Shown: positions 10,236 through 22,045, counted from the first letter of the stretch. The stretch: DNA of 32,505 nucleotides from Octopus sinensis (GCF_006345805.1 NW_021836267.1:1-32505); one strand, 5' to 3'. Numbers and translations: made by a program. The notes: generated by a model from the letters alone, not told the origin.

Positions 10236-11360
10236 GGCAAATCTGACAAGAAACCACATCTCATTACCCAACCTGAACTCAATGATCTAGTTCGTGGTGA
10301 CCTAACATTTACTAAGCAACAGATTGAAGTCCTGGACTCACGTCTGCAACAATAGAACCTGTTGGATAAAGATGCTCGAATTACAATATTTAGGAAGCGT
10401 TCTTCAGATCTACAGCAATTCTTCACTTTGGATATCAACTTGACTTGATGATATCAGAGATCTACTTAATGCCTTTTGAGCTGCGGTATGAACCAAATGA
10501 GCGGAGGTTATTCACAGACACATCGCTTTACAGCATAAAAGCGGTTCTGTTGCACATTGGGAACACCATGCCTTCAGTTCCAATTGCTCACTCGCTTATT
10601 TTAAGAGAGATATATGAGAACCTCAATTTTATTCTAGACCGTATAAGTTACAAGGAGAATGAGTGGCTAAAGTAGTAGCCCTATTTAATGGGCTACAAAT
10701 TGGACACACCAAGTTCATGTGCATCTTTTGCAAGTAGGATAGTAGGGCCAGATCAGAACATTATGTACGTTCAGAATGGCCACTGCGGTAAACTATGACG
10801 ACTGGATGCCATAATTTAAACCACGAGTCACTAGTTAAGAAGGAGAAAATCATTTTACCACCACTGCATAGGATACTAGGCCTAATGAAGCAATTTACCA
10901 AAGCACTGCAGCATAACAAGCCATGTTTCCAGTACCTTAAACGATCTTCCCTAAAATAAGTGATGCAAAAATTTAAGGGGAAAAATTCGTAGGCCCTCAG
11001 ATTCGTCAGTTATAGCTGATGAGTATTGAGGCGACGATAGATGAAACTGAGCTAGAGGCCTGGCGGCTATTCAAAGATGTATACAAAGGATTTCTAGGAA
11101 AGCACCAACTGGCCCAGCGACACTGTATACTGGAGAGCCCAATCAATTGCTACCAAGTTTTCGGATGCAATATGTCACTGAAGATACACTTTCCTCATTC
11201 TCATCTGTCCCAGAGAATGCAGGAGATGCGAGTGATGAACATAGAGAGAAGTTCCATCGAGATAATAGCGTCAATGGAAGACAGGTATAAGGAAAAATGG
11301 AGCCCAGCTATGCTAACTGACTTCTGCTGGAACCTGAAGCGTGACACACCTGAGATGTCT
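10236..11360 (+). pseudogene. Decayed DNA transposase, most like CMC/Chapaev3-type transposases
   Basis: Motifs across frames: KPHLITQPELNDLVR, RLFTDTSLYSIKAVLLHIGN..PSVPIAHS, KVVALFNGLQIGHTKFMCIFC..DSRAR, ILPPLHRILGLMKQF, GPQIR, GCNMSLKIHF.HSHL, MLTDFCWNLKRD; many stops and frameshifts. The superfamily label is from recall and less certain than the transposase call. Confidence 0.8.
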
Positions 11361-11396
11361 TATTTGGTACTTATTTGGTACTTATTTTATTTTATT

Positions 11397-11528
11397 TGGT
11401 ACTTATTTTATTGACCCTGAAAAGATGAAAAGGAAAGTCAGCGGAATTTGAACTCAGAACGTGAAGACGGACGAAACGCCGCTAAGCACCTTTCCCGACG
11501 CAGTAACGATCCTGTCAGCTCACCGCCT
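11397..11528 (-). mobile_element. SINE family A, diverged and 3'-truncated
   Basis: tggtacttattttattgaccctgaaaagatgaaaagg..gcggaatttgaactcagaacgtg..cagctcaccgcct. Confidence 0.85.
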
Positions 11529-12756
11529 TCCAAAGTTAATAATGTATTACCAGTGATATACTAGACTCAAGGCCAATCAACTAAACTTTCTCTTATAAAC
11601 GTGTAACTTTCTAATAGTGTTATAAATCATTGCCACCTTTAAATGTCGATGTTTTTATTATTTTCCAGCCATCATGTTACAACTTGCACGATTTGCAATC
11701 AAGTATTTTTTTTCTTTGTCTTTTGAAATGTCAATCTAAATCCTTAATACAATTAACCTCTTAAACTAATTAAGTCTTGATGTTGAATGACTGAAAACTT
11801 TTTGTCTTTTCTTTCGAACACTAATCCAAATATGTTGTTATTCTGGTGTGAAATCCAATAATGATTAAAAAACACGAGCAACATACAATCATTTACACCC
11901 TTAAATTTCACGGATTTTTTTTTTTAGCTGACATTCAAATAATCCGTATTTTTTTTTCTTTACTTCAAATATGATTGAGATTTAATATGCCTCGTTAAAG
12001 AAGATATATACACCGAAAAGTTTAACGTACGCTACCTTACTGCATTTAAAAACTGCAAGTTACTGATAGATTTTGTCCGGCATTATACCAGGGATTAACA
12101 ATTCCAATTACAAAAATGATGTCCACTGCACTACATATTGGTTTACCATTCAACAACCTGGCTATAAATATGTATTTCAAATGTGTATGTGACTAACACA
12201 AGTGAGACACTTATGCTACTTGCGAATTAGCTGAGTCGTTACAGGGCAAGGCAAACTGTTTTGGAGTATTTGTTCCGGTCCCTTGCGCTCTGATTCGGAC
12301 CTTACCGGTTTCGACCTTGCGATCCGTGCTGAACCTAACGATCCAGACCTACAGATTGAGAGAATTGTTAGAGTATTGGATGAGATTTCTTGGAATATTT
12401 TTTCTGGATTTTTGCAGTTTCAGTTCTTGGACAGTAGAATTAATCAATTACCGAATTTGAAAGCAAAAAATTATATTTGGGTGCATTTATGAGCAGCTCA
12501 GTTTGTTTCAAGGTGCTGGGACAAATAATCGGTGCGAGAGTAATACGTTTCCGTCTCTGTACCGATAACGGAGACTCTAAAGAAGAAAAACATAAATCTG
12601 TAAAGAGATTTTCGTTTAACTGAGAGTATTCCTACAATTTGTAAACAACAATTTGCTTTCAGAGATTTTCAACTTTAAAAAACAACAAACATGGTTGACA
12701 ACTCTACAAATAATGAAGAAACAAACTTTCCAAATATCTAAACGATATTTTTTTTT

Positions 12757-13145
12757 TCTTTACTTGTTTCAGTCATTTGACTGCGGCCATGCTGGAGCAC
12801 CGCCTTTAGTCGAGCAACTCGACACCGGGACTTATTCTTTTGTAAGCCCAGTACTTATTCTATCGGTCTCTTTTGCCGAACCGCTAAGTAACGGGGACAT
12901 AAGCACACCAGCATCGGTTGTCAAGCAATGCTAGGGGGACAAACACAGACACACACTCGCATACATATATGTACATATATACGACGGGCTTCTTTCAGTT
13001 TCCGTCTGCCAAATCCACTCACAAGGCTTTGGTCGGCCCGAGGCTATAGTAGAAGACACTTGCCCAATGTGCCACGCAGTGGGACTGAACCCGCAACCAT
13101 GTGGTTGGTAGACAAGCTACTTACCACACAGCCACTCCTGCGCCT
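12757..13145 (-). mobile_element. SINE family B, full length, short internal microsatellite
   Basis: Reverse complement of the complete B structure with an A-rich 3' end; only about 40 bp of simple repeat inside. Confidence 0.93.
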
Positions 13146-13230
13146 ATAGATATATATAGTAATCGACCATGACTCTTAAAGCCAACAAATGAAAGAAAGG
13201 GATTATTTTATGTTTTTTAGATATCAGACT

Positions 13231-13449
13231 AACACACACATGTTCCAGACTTTTGCTAACAGCTGTTTCAGAAGCATCCTTAACATCAAGTGGACAGAGG
13301 ACGTCTCCATTGAACAACTGTGGGACAGGACAAGACAAGCCCCAATCCATACAGATACCAAGAAACGAAAATGGGGATGGATAGGCCACAGGCTACAAAA
13401 GCATGCCCTAAATGTCACCAAGCAGGCCCTTGACTGGAACCCACAGGGG
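13231..13449 (+). pseudogene. RTE-type LINE ORF2 C-terminal fragment
   Basis: FQTFANSCFRSILNIKWTEDVSIEQLWDRTRQAPIHTDTKKRKWGWIGHRLQKHALNVTKQALDWNPQG; the CLRxIL..W, WxWIGH and ALxWNPQG motifs lie downstream of the RT domain in RTE-clade LINEs. Confidence 0.85.
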
Positions 13450-13454
13450 GGTTA

Positions 13455-13600
13455 TTCGGCTCGTATTGATTTTATTTACGCTGAAAGAATAAAAGACAGA
13501 ATCGATGTCGGCGAGTTTTGAGCTCAGAACTTAAAGAGTTGGAAGGAATGCCATTAAGTATTTTGTTCGACACGCTAAAGATCCTGCCACTTCGCCGACT
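13455..13600 (-). mobile_element. SINE family A, strongly diverged
   Basis: gaaagaataaaagacagaatcgatgtcggcgagttttgagctcagaac..cacgctaaagatcctgccacttcgccg. Confidence 0.6.
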
Positions 13601-13603
13601 TAA

Positions 13604-14120
13604 TAGCAGAAGAAGAAGAAGAAGAAGAAGAAGAAGAAGAAGAAGAAGAACAACAACAACAACAACAACAACAGCCACATTGGCGACGGCAACAGCAAAA
13701 TCAACAGCAACAACAACAAAGCGGAGAAGAAGAAGAAGAAGAAGAAGGAGAAGAAGAAGGAGAAGAAGAAGAAGAAGAAGGATAAAGAAGAAGATAAGAA
13801 AGACGAAGAAGAAGAGAAGAAGAAAAATAATAATATAAGAAGAAGAAGACGAAAAATTATAATCAATAATAATAATAATAAAATAAGAAGAAGAAGAAGA
13901 AGAAGAAGAGAAGAAGAAGACGAAAAATAATAATAATAAGAATAAAAGAAAGAAGAAGAAGAAGAAGAAGAAGAGAAGAAGAAGAAGAAGAAGAAGAAGA
14001 AGAAGAAGAAGACGAAAAGAAGAAGAAGAAGAAGAAGAAGAAAAAGAAAAGAAAAGAAGAAGAAGAAGAAGAAGAAGAAGAAGAAGAAGAAGAACACGAA
14101 CAAGAACAAGAACAAGAAGA
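13604..14120. repeat. Long (AAG)n trinucleotide array with (AAC)n and (AAT)n blocks
   Basis: Direct reading. Confidence 0.95.
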
Positions 14121-14954
14121 ATCTGTTATTTCTAATCATAGTGTGTCTTTCCGTTATTTTTACAAATGGATTATAAATATTTTATCTAAAATAAAGTTTC
14201 ATTGCAAAAGTTTTCCAATTCCGTGTAAAATTCTCCAGATAATATAGAAACAAAGAGAGAAATCAAAGAAGCCAACAGAACTGATTACAACCAAATAAAT
14301 ATGTATCTGCATTGATGTTTTCCTTAAATCCTTTCATGTAGACTGCAAAATAAGAAGGAAGGGGAAAAAATGAACAGAGAAATAATACAGTTGTTTTACT
14401 TTTCTCTTCATTTATGTTCAAAATATTACATTTGATTTCTAGTTATATAAATAACAAAAGAACAGATCATTTGGCTTCGGTTTTTCTTTATTTATTTATT
14501 CAATGGTTTATGTTTTATTTTTGTCAATGTTTTCGTTAATTTATTATTATTATTATTATTTTTTAAAGCCATGTCTTTAAAATTATGGGATTGATTTGAA
14601 CAGAAATAGATCGGAATTTATAATCTCTTTTCAAATCTTAAGTGACTAAGTTTATATATTTTATATCAAGCCTTTCTTTAAGCAGAGTTCAGAGATTCTG
14701 TTTGTAAAAAACAAAACAAAACCTGATTCCGGTTTATTATTCTGACGTTCGTTTATTTGCTGCCGTTGTTTCTTTAGTGATGCTTAGAGGCTGAGGTTAA
14801 GTAGAGGTGGTTTCGGTCAGTAAATGAAATTATTATCGTTGCTAATAGTGACGTTATTGCTGAATCTTCTGCATTTCCATTTGTGGAAAGCGAACATATA
14901 ATAACTGTATGGGTGAGGGCATATTAGCCACAATTGTTATAGTGATGATAATAA

Positions 14955-15168
14955 TTCCTTCTATTATCGGTATAAGGCCTTTTTTGGGGGGGGGGGAGAC
15001 AAGTCGATTGCAGCGACCCCAATGCGTATCTGGTACTTATTTTATCCTCCCCGAAAAGAAGAAAGGCAAAGTTGAGCAGGGCGGAATTTGAACACAGAAC
15101 GTAAGGATGGACGAAATGCAGCTAAGTATTTAGCCCGGCGTGCTAACGATTCTGCCAGTTCGCCGCCT
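14955..15168 (-). mobile_element. SINE family A, full length, G-rich (second) tail type
   Basis: Head ends cgccgcct at 15168; body ctggtactt..gaaaggcaaagttga..gcggaatttgaac; tail aaggcc..gggggg. Confidence 0.85.
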
Positions 15169-15212
15169 ATGTAATGATGATATTAATCCTTTCTACTGGG
15201 TTGTCCGGAAAG

Positions 15213-15550
<338 letters not shown>

Positions 15551-16664
15551 AGCCCGGAGAAAAGAGTTAAGATTTCTCAAGACATTTGATATTAAATTTT
15601 CAGAAGAGTAAATAAATAAATAAACAAATATGTATATTTTCAATGATTTCTGAAATTACCTTAGCATTAGCAAAGATGAAAGTGTTACCCATATTTAGAC
15701 TGTAATAATTAATCTTTTAAGCGGGAAATTAAATTTTTGCTATTTAAGGATTAATGAGCGGATTTCTTTCAGTTTCTCAACATGATATATTTACGATGCT
15801 ACTATTTCTGGCATCTTAAAACACTCTACGGTTTGGACTTTACGTTTAATTCCTAATCCGTATGCAAGTACAGAGGCATCTATCAATGCAGGCTCCCGCT
15901 TTGATTCGATATATTTTATGTTGTTGTTGTTGCTGGTGTTATTTAGCCTCCTTTTGAGTTTTAATTGAGTATCAATATGATCAAAAGATCTTCCGTAGCT
16001 ATCATAGCCTTATCTATTTCTAGACATCGTGTATTGTGAATTATATTAGCTTATGCGACCAGTAACTCTTAGCTATTTATTGTGTATACAGTCTAGAACT
16101 CAGCTAGAATGTTTTGTTTGTTTTCATAAGAGTGCATGAGCTGATGTCAAACAATATGGCGTTTCTATTTTTGACGGTCGGGATTAATTTATCGCGCTGC
16201 TATGATTATTAGGTCAAACGACAGCTGTGTTGAATGGCTTGTGTGTATAATATTATTACATGAATGAATGCTAGTTTCAAAGTTGGTACAGAGTTATATC
16301 GTTGAAGCTTGTGTGAGAAGTCTACATAGTAATCTTATTATTTGTATTAATATTCATACTTTTAAAGATATATAGATAATTTATATTATTAGGATCGCGT
16401 ATGTGCGTCTGTGTTTGTGTGTTTCTCTGAATATGTATTTATATCTTCAGACTATGGATATGAACACACACACACACACACAAACACATGCACATAGGAT
16501 CAAAGGCTCTTCACAAGACCTTGTTTCTATGGCGCATGTTTTACCCCCATCCCATCCTGGAGAGGATCCGGTTCCTCACAGTATATACATACACATATAT
16601 ATATACTATTTATATATTTATATGCATTTATAAGCATATAAATAATATATATATGGTATATATG

Positions 16665-17000
16665 TTTCTTTTTGTGGAAAAGCCTAGGCTCGGAACGTAA
16701 AATACTTTCTCACTTCCTAAGCGCTAAACTAACACATCTGTTTGTTGTTTACACACCCGTCTTCGTATTTTGTTTGGTTCTTTGTAAATACCAACTATAT
16801 ATACATATGATAGATCGGTAGCCACTACACACATTTTTCTCTCCTTGTTTTTCTCCTTCTTTCTGTCTGTGTTCCTTTCTGTGGAAGAGCGTAGGCTCGA
16901 AACGTTAAAGACTTTTTCAATTCCCGAGCGCTATACTAATACATCTGTTTGTTTTCTACACCACGTGTCTTCGTCTTTTCTTTTTTTCATGAATTCTCCC
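16665..17000 (+). mobile_element. Repeat family D, two tandem units (207-bp period); probably a Penelope-like terminus
   Basis: taggctc at 16685 and 16892; shared gtggaa.agc.taggctcg.aacgt.aaa.acttt..gagcgcta.actaa.acatctgtttgtt; a third copy at 25295; flanked by (TA)n. Confidence 0.7.
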
Positions 17001-17033
<33 letters not shown>

Positions 17034-17180
17034 TGTGACTATATATAAATATATACATATGTGTGTGTGTGTATAATCAGATTGTTAGACAGACAAACAG
17101 TCAGAAAGACAGGCAGACAGATATATATATATATATGTAGATAGATAGAAACTACAGTACGCATCTTTATTGATGCTTCG

Positions 17181-17233
<53 letters not shown>

Positions 17234-17844
17234 CTCTGGGTAAACAAGTGTGTAATGAAATCCTAATACTGCCATTTCATACTCGCATCAGTTGCGGCTT
17301 TCGAAGTTTTTGATACCAGCTTGAATCGCACGTAAAAAAAGCGCCATAATATATGTATAAAACAAATACACACAAATTTCTAAAAAAGATAATTTATTTG
17401 GAACGCTTCGGATTAAGATATATAACGGGATGGTCGGCTGCTGCCGTCATTAGAAAATTAAAGGATTGAAACGCTCTGTTTTACTATCGAAAGTGTATTT
17501 TCGTTTCTGCATTTGACATCAATTTTATAATTAAGAATGAATTCAATTGCTCTGAGGGGCGGAGAATCTCTGGAGAAAGTTCTAAATTTAGAAATATAAT
17601 GTGATTATTATTTTATTCTTTTAAATCGTCTTCATCTTCAATACTTATTTTCAAATTCTTTGATGAACGTTAAAAGACATTAATTCAAACACTTTATGAT
17701 TAACTGAAATATCGCTGTTTTCTATATATAAATATATTTATTCCTTTCAAATTTCGTAATATTTCTATCGTTGTATAGGAATGCGACTCATTAAGAAACA
17801 TACATGATTTTGTATGTGTGTTCGTGAATGTGTGTGTGTGTGTA

Positions 17845-17880
<36 letters not shown>

Positions 17881-18018
17881 GGAGAGAGAGTCGTCCTCTC
17901 AAAATATAGGCTTATCTCATGTGAGTTATAATGAATATATTCCTAACCATGCAGATGTACACCATCATACGCATATGTATGTGTGCGTGTGTACCAATGC
18001 CTATCTATATATGTAAGG

Positions 18019-18407
18019 TGGAGGCGCAATGGCCCAGTGGTTAGGGCAGCGGACTCGCGGTCGTAGGATCGCGGTTTCGATTCTCAGACCGGGCGTTGTG
18101 AGTGTTTATTGAGCGAAAACACCTAAAGCTCCACGAGGCTCCGGCAGGGGATGGTGGTGATCACTGCTGTACTCTTTCACAACAACTTTCTCTCACTCTT
18201 ACTCCCTGTTTCTGTTGTACCTGTATTTTCAAAGGGCCGGCCTTGTCACTCTCTGTGTCACGCTGAATATCCCCGAGAACTACGTTAAGGGTACACGTGT
18301 CTGTGGAGTGCTCAGCCACTTACACGTTAATTTCACGAGCAGGCTGTTCCGTTGATCGGATCAACCTGAACCCTCGTCGCCGTAACCGACGGAGTGCTTC
18401 CTCCTCC
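18019..18407 (+). mobile_element. SINE family C, full length, 12-bp TSD
   Basis: TSD atatatgtaagg at 18007-18018 and 18408-18419; A and B boxes in the head. Confidence 0.93.
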
Positions 18408-18422
18408 ATATATGTAAGGAAA

Positions 18423-19023
18423 GGCGGCGAGCTGGCAGAAACGTTAGCACGCCGGGCGAAATGCTTAGCGGTATTTCGTCTGTCGTTACGTTCTGAGTTC
18501 AAATTCCGCCGCGGTCGACTTTGCCTTTCATCCTTTCGGGGTCGATAAATAAATTGCCAGTTTCGCACTGGGTTCGATGTAATCGACTTAATACCTATGT
18601 CTGTCCTTGTTTGTCCCCTCTCTGTTTAGCCCCTTGTGGGTAGTAAAGAAATAGGTATTTCGTCTGTCGTTACGTTCTGAGTTCAAATTCCGCCGCGGTC
18701 GACTTTGCCTTTCATCATTTCGGGGTCGATAAATAAATTACCAGTTACGCACTGGGGTCGATGTAATCGACTCAATACCTATGTCTGTCCTTGTTTGTCC
18801 CCTCTGTGTTTGGCCCCTTGTGGGTAATAAAGAAATAGGTATTTCGTCTGTCGTTACGTTCTGAGTTCAAATTCCGCCGCGGTCGACTTTGCCTTTCATC
18901 CTTTCGGGGTCGATAAAATTAATTACCAGTTTCGCACTGGGGTCAATGTAATCGACTTTATCCGTTTGTCTATCTTTGTTTGTTCCCTCTATGTTTAGCC
19001 CCTTGTGGGCAGTAAATAAATAT
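18423..19023 (+). mobile_element. SINE family A trimer (head plus 3 x 184-bp units)
   Basis: Units start ggtatttcgtc at 18470, 18654 and 18838; TSD atata(t/c)gtaaggaaa at 18408-18422 and 19024-19038. Confidence 0.93.
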
Positions 19024-19385
19024 ATATACGTAAGGAAAGTCAGTATGTTAGAAAGAGATTAAGAGAAATTCTATGAACGAGATTAGGTGGGGAGAATGAG
19101 CGAAAAGTATCTGAAACTATAAAAAGAAATAGAAAAAAAAAAACAATAGCGCCAGTGCATACCGGCTAATGTGTCCCACAGCCATCTTTTAACCTTACCC
19201 CACACACACATAGATTTGGTGTATATGGACATTCTAGAACAAAAAGAGAATGACTTGTAAAATAATCAAAACAAAATGTCCACAGCATTCCTATCACATA
19301 TTTTAAATTAACTAATTATTTTTATTAATGAGGACGTTTTCTTTCCGTTGACTCATTTCCCCTCCAAATCTCTTTACTCTTATAC

Positions 19386-19436
19386 TCTTTTACTTGTTTC
19401 AGTCGTTTGACTGCGGCCATGCTGGAGCACCACCTT
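19386..19436 (-). mobile_element. SINE family B, extreme 3' end only
   Basis: tcttttacttgtttcagtcgtttgactgcggccatgctggagcaccacc. Confidence 0.85.
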
Positions 19437-19610
19437 TCTATATATTTTCCTTTTGTCATTTAATTTTTGTTTCGTTATTGCTTCCTCCATTTCTTTGATA
19501 CTTTGTTCTGCTTATATAATTTGTTACAATCACATACATGTGTATCTTTTATTGAGACGAGCGAGCACAAGGTAATTTTAGACGTTAGTGGACGCTCTCT
19601 CTCTTTCTCG

Positions 19611-19975
<365 letters not shown>

Positions 19976-20280
19976 GTGGAGGCGCAATGGTCCAGTGGTT
20001 ACGGTAGCAGACTCATGGTCGTAGGGTCGCGGTTTCGTTTCCCAGACCGGACGTTGTGAGTGTTTAATGATCCAGAACATCTAAATGCTCCTCGAGTCTC
20101 CGGCAAGGGGTGGTGGTGATCCCTGCTGTACTCTTTCACCACAACTTTCCCCCACTCTTTCCTCTGTTGGCCTGCTCGCTTAGCCAGCGGGGTGGCGTCA
20201 TTGAAGGCTAAAACAATGCGAAGCGCATTGTGACCAGCGATGTATAGCAACATCTGATGGCCTGGTCGGTCATGTGGTGA
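19976..20280 (+). mobile_element. SINE family C variant with a different 3' tail
   Basis: Shares the C head up to about actctttcaccacaacttt, then switches to ctgttggcctgctcgcttagccagcgggg..aatgcgaagcgcattgtgaccagcgatg..ggtcggtcatgtg. Confidence 0.8.
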
Positions 20281-20420
20281 AACGATATATATATATCTTG
20301 TGCAGTGCAAGTTTGCTGTCCAAACTGCACTTTTAATTACAAGTGAGACGTGATCTACTATTAAGAGGGTAAAATATCAATTGGCTACGACACAAAGGGC
20401 CATGGAAAGATCCAGACTCA

Positions 20421-20592
20421 GAGTGGCTGTGTGGTAAGTAGCTTGCTTACCAGCCACATGGTTCTAGGTTCAGTCCCACTGCGTGGCACCTTGGGCAAGT
20501 GTCTTCTACTATAGCCTCAAGCCGACCAAAGACTTTTGAGTTGATTTGGTAGATGGAAACTGAAAGAAGCCCGTCGTATATATGTATATGTC

Positions 20593-20632
<40 letters not shown>

Positions 20633-20857
20633 GTGTGTGTGTGTGTGTGTGCGTGTTTGTGTGTCTGTTTGTTCCCCCAACATCGCTTGACAATCGATGC
20701 TGGTGCGTTTAAGTCCCCGTAACTTAGCGGTTCGGCAAAGAAGAACGATAGAATAAGTACTAGGCTTACAAAGAATTAGTCCTGGGGTCGATTTACTCGA
20801 CGACTAAAAGCGGTGCTCCAGCATGACCGCAGTCAAATGACTGAAACAAGTAAAAGA
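20421..20857 (+). mobile_element. SINE family B, near full length
   Basis: Complete B structure with an internal (TA)/(TG) tract at about 20578-20665. Confidence 0.92.
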
Positions 20858-21522
20858 AACTAAAAGACATATATATCTGACATTATTTCGTAGAAAAAAA
20901 ATCTCATTACATAGATTTCGGAGGTTATTGTTAAATAACTATCTACCATCTGAAAAATATTCTGCATTTATAATTAGCTGAAGTTTTCATTGAAAATTCA
21001 TAACTTCGATATTAACTATTGACTTCATAAGATGAATATAGAAACATATTATTGATGTCTATCTTCCGCTTTCTTTTCCTCCGTCTACGTTGCTTTGTCT
21101 TTTTGGGGGGGTTTTTTTTTAGCCTGCTAAAAGAAAAGAGAGAAAAACATGTCCACGCAAATTTTTTTAATGCATAATGAATGTGAAATATATCTTGAAG
21201 GAAAGTTAGCTGATAAACAATCATCTTAAGAATTTTTTATCAATTAAAAGCAAAAATAAAAATGTAAATATATTCTAAAGAAAACTTCATGGGAATTTTT
21301 TCTTTAAAAAAAAAATATATATATGTATATAAATATAGATTCATTTCACTTCATTTCTCTAAACTGTATTAGAAATTTAATTTACAGCAGAGGAATACCC
21401 AAAATTATTTGAAAACTTCTAATTGTCATATCTTGGTACATTTTAACCATTTTAATCTTTAAATAATAGAGTGATCAATATAAAACGATTTTCATAAAGA
21501 GTGATGCTTACAAGTAAATGTC

Positions 21523-21936
21523 GTACATACATACATGCATACATACTTACATACATACTTACATACATGCATACATACATACATACATATATACATACAT
21601 ACATACATACATACTTACATACATACATATATACATACATACATATATACATACATACATACTTACATACATGCATACATACATACTTACATACATGCAT
21701 ACATACATACATATTTACATACATACTTACATACATACATACATATATACATACATACATACTTACATAAATACATACATACATACATACATACATACAT
21801 ACATACATACATGCATACATACATACTTACATACATGCATACATACATACATATATATACATACATACTTACATACATACATACATATATACTTACATAC
21901 ATACTTACATAAATACATACATGCATACATACATAC

Positions 21937-21967
<31 letters not shown>

Positions 21968-22045
21968 CATACATACTACATACATACATACATACATGCA
22001 TACATACATATATACATACATATATGCATGCATGCATACATACAT
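21523..22045. repeat. (TACA)n microsatellite
   Basis: Direct reading. Confidence 0.95.

Noticed and set aside
11016-11070. CTGATGA...GAAAC inside the transposase relic as a possible hammerhead
   Set aside because: No stem II, stem III or stem I pairing can be built; chance motif within coding-derived sequence.
12306-12348. Possible 43-nt minus-strand exon (ctgtag| ... |gtaagg) in a GC-richer unique patch
   Set aside because: Weak pyrimidine tract, no recognisable peptide in any frame, and no supporting neighbouring exon.
13518-14139. Poly-R/T/K ORF and the antisense poly-F/L/S ORF
   Set aside because: Translations of the (AAG)n/(AAC)n array.
15925-16030. Possible decayed dispersed repeat sharing gctggtgttatttag with 30430-30520 (minus strand)
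   Set aside because: Similarity too short and degenerate to support by eye.
18019-18090. tRNA-like sequences at SINE heads as true tRNA genes
   Set aside because: They have A/B boxes but no complete cloverleaf, and run directly into SINE bodies with TSDs.
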